64,000 bases of DNA from Lingula anatina (taxonomy: Eukaryota; Animalia; Brachiopoda): positions 15,004,001-15,068,000 of the forward strand of contig CM120642.1 of assembly GCA_051362555.1 (NCBI GenBank), read 5' to 3'. Of the stretch, positions 53,401 through 64,000 are shown piece by piece. Made by a program: the position numbers and the translations under genes. Below the pieces are notes generated by a model. The model saw only the letters and a program-made list of their open reading frames with translations, was not told where the DNA came from and searched no databases. Every line of letters starts with the position of its first letter. Position 1 is the stretch's first letter.

Positions 53401-56400
53401 CTATGGACCCCTGTGATATCAGAGGGTGAAAAGCTTGTGGATAACATAGCTGGGTTTCAAGTGGACTCTGACACTCAGGGTCATTAAAACAGGTACACGT
53501 CATGTTAAATGATGTTTTAAACTTACCACCAAGCGATGATGACTGAGACTCCTGGTAGAGTAGTGCTTAGCAAAAATGTACGCCATTCTCGGATGAAGTA
53601 GCCAAACAGCAGTAGTATCAGTAATCCAAAAAACCACAGCCCCAACGCAGTTGTAACAGGGCGATACTTAGGGCCGAGGAATTCAAGACTCCAAACGTAG
53701 CCGACAACAATACAACCTGCACCAGAACGACAGAAAAAATGCAACGATGGAAGATGTTATGCAGAATCGCAATTATGGTTTAAAAGAAAGAAAGATTAAA
53801 TAATTTTCAGTAGATTTTAATGAAGTGTGAATAAGACCTCGAAAAGCAGTAATACATATAATTATATATATAAAGCATTTTTAAGTGCTCAACTCATTAT
53901 ACAGCATTTAAAATCGCAAGGCATACTAAAACCCTTTCTATGAGTTTCAAATAAATCGACTTTTCAAAAAAATTTCAAAGAAGTCGACATCCTGTTGATC
54001 AGACTTACCCATAGGAAATGTCCATGAAACTCAGAGTTGCGGATTTTCAAATTAAAGTGTGTGTGTGTGTGTGTGTTTGTGTGTGTGTGTTCCGCAATCT
54101 TATCCAGGTTGGAACATACATCCTGACGCACTTTGTCATGTCATATGGTTGATAATAGCCATTATAATTTTACCTCCAATCCCCGTTCCACTAAGGAAGC
54201 GTAGTATAGCAAACTGTACCCAGTCATTAGTAAAAGCTTGCGCTGCTCCTACTATGCTGGTGAACGGCAAGGCAAAAAAGTATACCTACAAAAATTGTGG
54301 TCAAGTTCTTAAAAAAGGTTAAGCTCTCTGTGATTTTTATTATCATTTTAGACAGGTATCAAACCTTTAGCACATGTTTATATTTTTATCCAAATGCCAA
54401 AAGGGCAGGAAAAATCTTAAAAGCATAGAAATGATTCTACTCAGAAACTGAAATACCATAACAAAATGATTTTCTAAACTGAAAATAAAATTTCAATAGC
54501 AACAAGACAAGAACGTGTTTGGTTAACGGCTTACATAGAGGTATTTGGTTCGATGATCGGCGATTTACCTTCTTTCGACCTAAAGCGTCCCCCAACTGTC
54601 CAAACACCAGAGAACCTATCAGTACTCCGGCCATCTGGAGGGACGATATAGTGTCACTGATAAAGTCTCGGTTGCAGATTAAATCCCACTGGAACGATAC
54701 AATTAATTCATTTTTCATTATCATAATGTCATATACATGGTACAATACATGGGGAACCCTTATCCCTTTGGGTGTATAAGACACTTAATGAGCTGTTCAA
54801 TATATCCTGAAGTCTCATAACACATTCTGCCCCCTGCCAAATTAAGTGTCCCCTACTGCATTTATGTGAAGTGCTGCAAAGGTACCCTTATATATTTAAT
54901 TTTGCTAAAACGTAACAGCTATGGGAAGTTAGTAATAGAACATTTACCTATACGTAGCCTAAGCATTGAAATATACATGTATTAATTATATTTGTAATAT
55001 TCGTTTCCTACTGTAAATGAGAGGGGTAAATTTTTGACCATGCAGTTGACAGAAGAGGGAGTTTCGACCTGCCAGAAGGTTGGGTTGTTTCATGAGAAAC
55101 ATTTCTAAGGGTAAGACAACAATATAACCAAATAGGTACATGGGCAAGATTGCTTGGGTAAGGCCGCCCAAAGAAATTCAAACCCAGAGAAGAGTGAATG
55201 TTAGCACGCCTTTCTCGTAGAAAATGTTTTATGCCATTAAAGAACTTGACTGAAAAAAAGTCACCAGAATAAGGCAAGGCATGTTTTTGAGTTTTCCTAC
55301 AGGATACGTCTGTACCTTCACCGTTATTTTGCAGGGTTGCAGTAAAGAGACCAGTGATCGCCGCCAGGAACCGTCTACGTCGAGTCAGATAGTGTACCAG
55401 AATACTAGGGCCTGGGCACCAGCCAACAACTAAGCAGTGATACGTGCTGTTCTTCAATGAAAGCAGGTTCAGCGTTTTCAGAAGTGTTGGCGCGTAAGGG
55501 TTTGGAGATCAGCTGGTTAGAAGTATCTTCCGAATTTTTTGCCTATCGGTCATAATATGGCGTTTATTGGCTACTACGGTGTAGGCGGGATGGTAAACGG
55601 GAACACTAACAGAGCAATGCATCCAAGTACATTTACTAGAGAAACTCAAGGAATTCTTTCGAAAATATCTTTGGGAGCGTGACTTCTCATTTATTATTCA
55701 GCATGATAATCCTACAGGCTAGTCATATTAGAACCAGGCCCAGAACCCTCCCATGGCCATTGCAATTCCTAGATCAAAGACTTCATAGAAAATATACTAC
55801 ATATCTGAGGAAGTGGATAACTGAGGGATGATCCTGCAACAAAATTCTACTAACTTATCTTCGAATAATGACAGGTATTATTCATAGATTCTAAAATAAT
55901 TTCCTTATAGGTGTTCGTTACTTAGATGATTGGAAATATGTTACAACGAAAGTCACATACACGCCAAGCAAGGAACACTATTTATGTTAAAATACCATGA
56001 TAAATTACGATACAAATATTGGCATCATAAGACTTGTTGGAAATTGTTTATCAGTATGTAAAGAGGAACTGTCTTGGCAACATATCATATAATGTAACTG
56101 TGAATCGTCATTGCATAAACATTGAAAAGCATTATGTAAATAATTGCAAAGCATAGGGGTCCACAGACATAAAGCGTGTTAGACACCGATATATGAATGT
56201 CTGTAATACAGGCTATTCAACAAGTGGCTGAGCTCAAGTAAAATTAAGCATAGATTAATTTCTATTTACCCGAGTTGAAATATTCACCATAAGCATAGAT
56301 ATCGTTAAGTCACTCTCAGAACGTTCATTTTAAAAGTTATAAGAATAAGATAAAACGCTCACATTTTAGAGAGAGGCAAGAAATGAAAACAATTGCAGAG

Positions 56401-57485
56401 GTTAGCAGGTACACGAAATAACACACAAATACAACACACGAAAGCGTAAAACGTGCCAGTGCGAAAGGCTTGTTATAACACACATTCCTACCTCTGTTAC
56501 AATGGATGTAAAATCAGTGTTGAAGGTATGGCCATAACAGGGAAGACCACTCTCCGTGCACTTGTTTATTTCCACCACTTCCTCCCCTTGGGTACTGCTA
56601 TTGTACAGCAGTGGCACAGAAATTATCTCAGTTACATTATACACAGTTAAGCTATCATTCAAAGTCTGGTTCTCATACTGATTTATGCACTTCCAACCCG
56701 GGTCAGCTCCGACGAAGACTAGGGCTAACATGGAAAATACCCCGACGAACTGCCATCCTAGAGCTATGGTAAATACTACCGCAAATTGGTACCAGCCTAT
56801 CTGACCTAGAAGAAAGAAATAAAGTAACTTTTTTAAAAAGCAGTTGAAATACTTGCATTTTATTTGGCATAAATGGACCTTGTAATAGAGTGAATTACTA
56901 AATATTAAATCATAAATGTTTAGGTTATTCAGAAACATGCATTTGCATACTGTTTTTATTCCGTATTCCGTCGCAGCAACAGTGCAACCTAATTCTTTTA
57001 GATATCCTTTAGACATTAGATATTATTTTCTTTAAAAACATTTCACCTAGTCGCGGAAAATCTTTTAACCTGAAAGACGTTTTGTGCCGTCTTCATTTAA
57101 ATTTCTTGGTTTTAATTGAGTCATGAATAATTTATATCACCAGTCTCTAAGTGGCATATTAGAAAGAAATATCGACAACATGCTCTTTTATATAAGGAAA
57201 GTACGTACGGAACTAATGAAAGTTAAATAGCTTTGGAGAATATACAGACATAAAAATATGCCTTTGTCACATTTTTGAACGCATGTTGTACACGTTGAAT
57301 TGTCTTTCATTCAGATTATCTGAATATGCAGAAGATACTGCCTAATTAATCCCTGGTGGCAATTTCCAAGGAGTCCAATACTAGGGTACATACCTGTACA
57401 TATTGTTTCCAAGCTGCCTGATATTTTTATCCAACACCCCAATGTACTTACCAACTTTCAGCAGGATATCTTCAAACGGAGGCAT
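50447..57485 (-). CDS. SLC22: SLC22-family transporter, copy B, 11 exons, ~556 aa
   Basis: Exons 57485-57452, 56805-56492, 54688-54569, 54285-54174, 53716-53527, 53139-53007, 52675-52575, 52024-51890, 51602-51399, 51051-50979, 50701-50447; same sizes and phases as copy A except in-frame +12 nt (exon 2) and +6 nt (exon 11); 1671 nt, no stops seen. Confidence 0.9.
52103..52439. mobile_element. TTAA-target MITE, second copy (inverted relative to 26732-27059)
   Basis: Same TIRs; flanks TTAA/TTTA. The paralogous intron of copy A shows the empty site (GATGAAG-TTAA-TTAAGTCGT, ~43911). Confidence 0.88.
54057..54090. repeat. Interrupted (GT)n microsatellite
   Basis: GT run with one interruption in SLC22 copy B intron 4. 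Confidence 0.85.
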
Positions 57486-57699
57486 GATGTACTCTGAGTT
57501 AGTGCACAAGTAAAAACGGATATCCAGTGCTGTGAACCATACGACAATCAAAACGTGACATATTCCAGAACTTGAGTTACGTCAGCAAAGCACACAATAA
57601 AGTGGTGTTTGTAAATACGAAATTTATAACTTTCGGCATTGACAAAGCATTTCTGGAAGACCCAGAAGACGGCCTCAATCCGCCGCTGATTGGCTTGGT

Positions 57700-57818
57700 T
57701 ATGTGTGAGATAATACACTGTCACCCCAGCGATATATGAGATAACACCTCGAGCGTCAGCGAGAGGTGTTCATGGCATATATCGCGAGAGGGTGACAGTG
57801 TATTATTTGACATACATA
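57700..57818. repeat. ~120 bp imperfect palindrome/hairpin upstream of SLC22 copy B
   Basis: ATAATACACTGTCACCC..GCGATATATG..AACACCTC pairs with GAGGTGTT..CATATATCGC..GGGTGACAGTGTATTAT around a GAGCGTCAGC loop. Confidence 0.85.
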
Positions 57819-58109
57819 CCGAGAAAAAATGCAGTAATTTCTTCCTAAAACACCCCTAAAACCGAATAAAGTGACCCTATATCACGCTCTAGAGATGTTA
57901 TACAGAATAAACTCGTCCACGTGTGCTGGTCACCTCCCCCAAATTCTTACGTAATGTCTGACCAATTTGGTCAATTTTTGCTAAATACTTGTCGTGGACA
58001 TACAACTGACTTGAGAAGTATTTAATCAACCGTCGACACTGACCATGCACGTCTCAGCTGAGCCACACCTAGCTGGGACTGCTGCGGAAACAAAGTCCCA
58101 AGGCAGAAC

Positions 58110-58440
58110 TTCTACTTTTTAGTGACATTTCTGATAAAAAAAAGGAGCGTCGGACCGAAATATAGTCAAACTAATTTTTCACAAGTGCAAAGGAGAAAGA
58201 AATGTACTTTTTGGTGATATTTCTGACAACGAGGCAGTTTCGGAATATATTCAAAATCGACGGATGTTTATTACGAGTTCACGGGAGTAATAATTCTAGT
58301 TTTTTCTTATTATTTCTGACGACGAGGCGGTTACGAAATATAGTCAAAATCAAACGGATGTTTATTTCAAGTCCACAGGAGTGATAATTCTACGTTTTGG
58401 TGACATTTTATTACTACGAGGCGGTTTCGGAATATACATG
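58110..58440. repeat. Degenerate ~90 bp tandem repeat (3-4 units)
   Basis: Recurring TTTT.GTGACATTTCTGAC.ACGAGGCGG.TTCGGAATATA.TCAAAATC..CGGATGTTTATT..AGT.CAC.GGAGT.ATAATTCTA. Confidence 0.7.
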
Positions 58441-59253
58441 TGCTGGTTTTCAGAGCATTCATGTGCTACATGTAATTACAAGTTCAAAGGGGGAATACAT
58501 TTGATTTTTACCGATATATCTGATAAAGGGGGAAGAATGAACAGCTTAAAAACAAAAGGTAAATAACACAACCTTCGTTAAAAAGTTATAGATTTACTAA
58601 TAATTTGTATGCACGTGTGGCTTAAATGTTAACTAATTCCCGTTTTCAAACCATACCCATATGATATGACTTAGTGTAATAAAATGATAAATAATAATTG
58701 TTAAACGTGAAAAGTTTATGCTAATTTTTTAAGAGCGTGAGAGATTTTAAATTTGTCTACTGGTACATGTAGGTATATAACGCAAGCAACGTCACTATTC
58801 TCTTGATGCCAAGAAGGTCACATGATCACTCTGTCTTTGGCTTCCAGCATTTTAAGAGACCTCGACTGATTTAACCAAGATGTAGTCGTGAAATTCTAGA
58901 CTACAGGGTACATCGAGGTTAAATCCGAGTTTTCCGAGAGACGCTACGCAGAAATGTCGAGTGAAGCGAGACATTTTTGGGTAGCGGCTCGAGGTTGCCC
59001 TCGATCTTCACTGAAGCTTGCCTAAATGGACAGGCTTCAGTGATCATCATATCGCCACGGTCATATAACATCCCTAGGTATGTATTAGTCAATACACATA
59101 TCAAAATCAGGGAATAGTCATGTAAACATCTTTTCTATAGTTATAAAGGGTGTTTATCAATTCCAAGCTGCATTTTGAAGCAAAATAGTCCAATACGGGA
59201 CACATGTAAACGCTATGATTGTGCTGGCAGTACTGAATTAGAAAAATAATTAA

Positions 59254-59758
59254 AACACAACTGGCGGTACCCTTATAGTGGTAACTGGAACTCTTTAGCT
59301 TTAGGAGTCCTCTTTGTTGACAAGATCTGTCCTGAATGGTAGTGATGAAGAGAGCTCGCCTGGCAGGAAACTTGCTTATTAGTGTGTAATATTACCACTA
59401 TTAAAGTACTACTCTAGGAATATGGTTTCAAGTCATGGAGAATATTATTTTACATGAATAACTGCCAGCCTTCGTTGACAAGGTGCCTCAGTATGTAGAT
59501 GATATTTAACTTTGTTATCAATTTGATTTTGATTTAAAGCTTGTTTAAGATGCCTATTTATTGAAAAATAGTTGTTGGATAAATATTAGACATGCACTGC
59601 CACAGTTACTCAACTTTTCCATTTGGGCAACTTTACTGCAAGTGCTATAATTAATTTTACCTACGTACTTATAAATTAGAACAGCTCTTTTTAAGGTATT
59701 TATGGAATAGATAGTTGTGCAGACGATTTACATATTATTGCAGACGTCTTGGCATATT
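59254..59758 (+). pseudogene. Decayed otopetrin last-exon + 3'UTR fragment 2
   Basis: Aligns to 34742-34920 (GGTLIVVTGTL..ESSLLT..VLNG..EES.PGR.L..LLVCNI) and then 3'UTR 35185-35660 (e.g. AAATAGTTGTTGGATAAATATTA.ACATGCACTGCCACA), with stops and deletions. Confidence 0.88.
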
Positions 59759-59762
59759 AATA

Positions 59763-62700
59763 TTATATTTTATCCGTGAAACGTGCCCCTTCGTCCTTTT
59801 GCAACATAAGTTCATGTAAAGGAACGTCAGTGTTCTTAGCCTGGTCGTAAGATCTCTTTTTCCTTTTGGCCATACAGAAACACCAAGATCTTGGCGGTAC
59901 GCCATCTTCTAGCGCTTTCTGTCTTGTCTCAGGCAAGAAGCATGTAACCAAGCCTGCCACCAAGGCGAAACAGACGCTGATGACGTAAGGTGACCCCTGC
60001 CAGAACTTCGTCTGAAATTAAACAAAGAAAACATTAAGGAATGGTCTCCACAAGCTTCAAGTTTCCCTGTCTCTTGTTTACATATAAGCTTATTGCTTCT
60101 ATTTTACACATAATAATAATAATAATAATAATAATAATTGAAATGAATGAAAATTTACATTCTAGGAATATTGTGTTAATGTAAAGGGGGGGGTTGGTTC
60201 ATAGAAACGTCATTACCTTTCTCACAGGTATTTTAACCGTAGAACCGTGCAACTTCCATACAAAATAAAAGTTTGGCGCAGTCAAACTACATTTTATGGC
60301 GACAACAATCCCCAGCTTATTTGCGCACATGCGCATTCTTCACATGCTCAATTCTCCCGTAGAGGGGTAGTCTCCTTTGAGGCACACATTGCTACATATA
60401 TGAGTGGACGTCAATGCATGAGCCCATTTTGCGCTCGATTCATTCTGTTAACGCGCGCGATATGATTAAGCTAGAAGTTATTTCCAACCTTTAACTTAAA
60501 TCTTTAGTTCAAAAAATTTCACCGGCTTTTACTTCGATGAGAACCTTCAAGCAGTAAATTTTGAAGCACGTTTACGACTTTTACGACAGTGAAATATTCT
60601 TTACAGCTTCAAGCATGCATGGATCAACCGTACAACTGCCGACTGTTACATGTATGCGGTAAGTTATTTTCTCTACAGGTTATAGCAGTTGCTGTTGACA
60701 AAACTTCCTTTGTTCATGGGTTTCTTGTTTGCTCTGATGATGGTCACGGCGACTGCACAAAAAAAGGGTCCTTGTGTACAACATGGTCTGTAGCTTTAGA
60801 CGCTCGTAACTCTCGATACTCTGCATTTGCAGTCCATTTAATACAACTACTGATGTTGAATAAAGCACACATTTCAATTTACCGTCGGTGGACCATCAGT
60901 TCAAAAGTTTGAACTTACCACATACGCCATCTGAGGAGCAATGATACCGCCTATTCTAGCTGACATGGAGGCAAACCCCAGACCTTGATTCCTGGTAATA
61001 AACAAGTACATATATGGCAATTGCTATTTGATCGTGTTCTGGAGAATGAATATGATCTTTCGGAGACACTCTGATTTCAACAGTCTGTTCTCTAAAGTTT
61101 GTTATTAAAACGTGTCGTGGTCAGCTTCGTTGATTTTGCTTATGAAGAAACGATAAATATGGTCTTTTCTGAACAGAAAAACTAATTTAAGTTTCTTGAC
61201 CGGTTTTACATGTCTGTTTCCTCATTGACGTACGCAAAATTGGATAAAAACTATTGACATAGATAAAAGCGACAAACATATTAAATAATTACTGCATGTG
61301 TAAATCCCTTGTGTTGATTTTAACCAGGTTTATAGAACAAATACTTTACACAACTCTGCTTATATTACCTTATGGGCGTCGGATAGCATTCCGAGGTTAG
61401 AATAAACACGGCTTGCCAACTTATTGCTATACTGGTTGCTGCTATGTTAGATATCACTGATACTACCATCCATAACTCCGTGTACCGCCCAATAGCTACC
61501 AGGACAATGAGAGGTATCAGTAAAAATGCCGCTGCAAGCATAGAAACATTCACTATTCTACTTCGACCAAACCTGGAAAGTCAACGTATTGGAGGTAAAA
61601 ATGTGATATTTTTGACACCATGCTTATTTATATGGCGTATGATAAAGCACAGCAACGTAGCAGAAGTGGATTTAAAATTGTAGTCTTGACTCTGATTCTC
61701 CGATGGCATGAAATGTGTTTTATCATGTATATAGTTTTATCAAACGTTTTCCTTCTTTATTTGCATATTAAGTAATTTCATCGGCGGAGTGATTGAAATT
61801 GATATCCAGGATTGTTTAGCTCAAATTTTCCATCAACACTGGCTGAAATACTGTCTAAAGACGCTGTTACATACCATCTTGTTAATATGAGTATGAGAAT
61901 CGCAGCGAAGTACGAAAGACTGGCGTTGATGGCAAGGTGAACATATTTGTTGCCTGGCAAATTCTTTAAATTAAACAATAAACCATAGCCTAAAAGACTG
62001 TTTGTAAACCTGAAAATCATAATTAAAAATTGAAAGGCTTCACTAGATTTTGCCCAAAATTAATAAGTGAATGAAGGTAATTACTCATGTGTAATAATGC
62101 CATAAGATATGAAAATGGATTATTGCACATTTTCACGTGTCTTTCGTTAAGTATTACCAATGTGCACACAATTACATTGATTGCGGTAGATAAAAGATCT
62201 TAAACTTACCAAATAAACATAATAATAGTCGTAGTTCTTGTAAGCGTTGGGGTCCGAAAGAGATCCCAAAACCCGTACCGTCTGCCGCGTTGTGCTAAGT
62301 GCATTTCTTCCTGAAATCATTCAAACTTCAAATATTCTCCACTTATTCTATTTCATATACTTACTATACAACATGTTAATTCTCAAAGAAAAATACCATA
62401 TACTTATAAATCCATACAACTGCGTTGGTTTTGGCTTACTCCATTGTTTATTTATTTATTTACTCAATTCAAATATTTCATATCAGCAATGTAACTTAAA
62501 AGGAGGGTGGTTTCCTTATTTTTGAGACTCCTTGTTTACGAATTGAATGTTGTCCTATGTACAACGTGAAACACAAAAGCTTTCTTTCTGATGACATTTG
62601 ATATTATTGACAACATATTCGACAGTTGATAAAGGAAACCAACTTCACACTGTTGCACAAAAGCATCCATATCTGGCAAAGGTTTTTTGTTGCCTTTCGC

Positions 62701-63363
62701 AATTCTTTCAGCTATAGTGACGACCTCGTCATATCGACCTTGTGACAACAGCCATCTCGGACTCTCGGGAAGAAACCTGATAGTAGAACACATAACTATT
62801 TAAATGTTATAATATACTACAACTTTTATGAAGTTAAATGAGTGGAAGTTAAATATAAAGGTCTGATTATCTAATGTTAGTACATTATGAATTGATAATA
62901 ATCATGCTGGAATATAAAGGTCTCTGGGAGGAGATCGCTATAATCATCAGCATACTTGTGATGTTTCTGACGTTTCCATTATACAGAAAAACTTGAACTC
63001 TCTGGCCATAGGGGTCGCTAGTACTCATGCAGTTTCAAAATTGTTTCAGTGTTTCAACAGGCTATTCTTGTGACCCCTGTGATTACAGAGGTTAAGAGGC
63101 CTGTGGATAATAAAGGTGGTTTTGTAAGTGGACATTGAAACTCCGGTTGATTAAATTATTTTTTTAAACTTACCACCAAGCGATGACGAATGAGAGTCCT
63201 GGTAAAGTAGTGCTCAGCAAAAATGTGCGCCATTCTCGGATGAAGTAGCCAAGCAGCACCTGTACCAGTGATCCCAATGGCCACAGCCCTAACCCACCGA
63301 CAACGGGGCGATACTTAGGACCGAGGAATTCAACACTCCAAATGTAGCCGGCGACGATACAGC
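59763..63363 (-). CDS. SLC22: SLC22-family transporter, copy C (5'-partial; exons 5-11 in window)
   Basis: Exons 63363-63174, 62776-62644, 62310-62210, 62009-61875, 61572-61369, 60991-60919, 60011-59763 with sizes identical to copy A and open frames; exons 1-4 expected beyond 64000. Confidence 0.85.
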
Positions 63364-63411
63364 CTACGCCACAACGACAGAAAATGCAACGGAGAATCTC
63401 ATTTACGATTG

Positions 63412-63442
<31 letters not shown>

Positions 63443-64000
63443 TGCTAAATTTCATTTCAGTGATAACGCCCTTAAAAATTACTCGATGCTAAGTACCAGT
63501 TAGAATTTCAATATACATGTATTTTATAACAGGATTATTCCGTTATGTTATCCAAGTTGGGATTTGATGTATTTTGCATTGCCATCATGGCCAGAAATGC
63601 GCAGCATTCACACGATACGCGAGGGCGCTACAGTAGGGCTTCACGTGACTCAACTAGCCAATCACAGCACAACAATGGCATCGCACAGAGACTCTGTGAT
63701 AAGTGCTCAGCCCATTGTCGAGTAGTGTTAGTTCATGGTAACAAGCGTCTGACATGTGCAGAGAAGTTTATTGTAGTATATATTTTTCTTATTGTTACAT
63801 TATTAAATCTAACTCTGTATCCAAGTAGTAACTATACTGTACCAAGTCAGGTACTGATGATGTGCAGATGTCATATATTCCAGAATAAGCCATTACCACT
63901 AATTTATAACTTTAATTTTGTTTAATATGTTATTCATGAAAGAGTTCATGAAAGATTATTTTAATTTGTCAAATCGTGATCTTATTCTTTTTATATTCAA

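Noticed and set aside
58110-58440. Spaced repeats superficially like a CRISPR array
   Set aside because: Whole units are similar to each other, with no unique spacers and no cas genes; eukaryotic context.
42126-63363. SLC22 copies as uncollapsed haplotypes (assembly artefact)
   Set aside because: Copies differ at many amino acids, have divergent introns and carry copy-specific insertions, well beyond allelic divergence.

Overview
AT-rich, intron-containing eukaryotic DNA, most likely from an invertebrate animal (inferred from gene content and CpG pattern; the species cannot be determined). Five membrane-transport genes can be assembled by hand, with GT-AG splice sites and consistent reading phases: (1) an MFSD4/NAGLT1-like MFS transporter (+, 1633-3619, 3 coding exons); (2) a ~30 kb, 9-exon otopetrin proton channel (+, 5034-35110) with a long acidic N-terminus and substitutions at residues usually conserved in the family; (3-5) a tandem array of three SLC22 organic-ion transporters on the minus strand (two complete, one running off the right edge). 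The duplicated SLC22 unit carried the otopetrin 3' end with it, so decayed otopetrin last-exon/3'UTR fragments now lie just downstream of the stop codons of SLC22 copies B and C, antisense to them. Also present: a degenerate ISL2EU-like DNA transposon (THAP, SAP and YqaJ remnants), several MITEs with clear TIRs/TSDs, hairpins and microsatellites. No prokaryotic systems, rRNA, tRNA or CRISPR arrays were seen. All gene models are hand-built and need RNA-seq confirmation.
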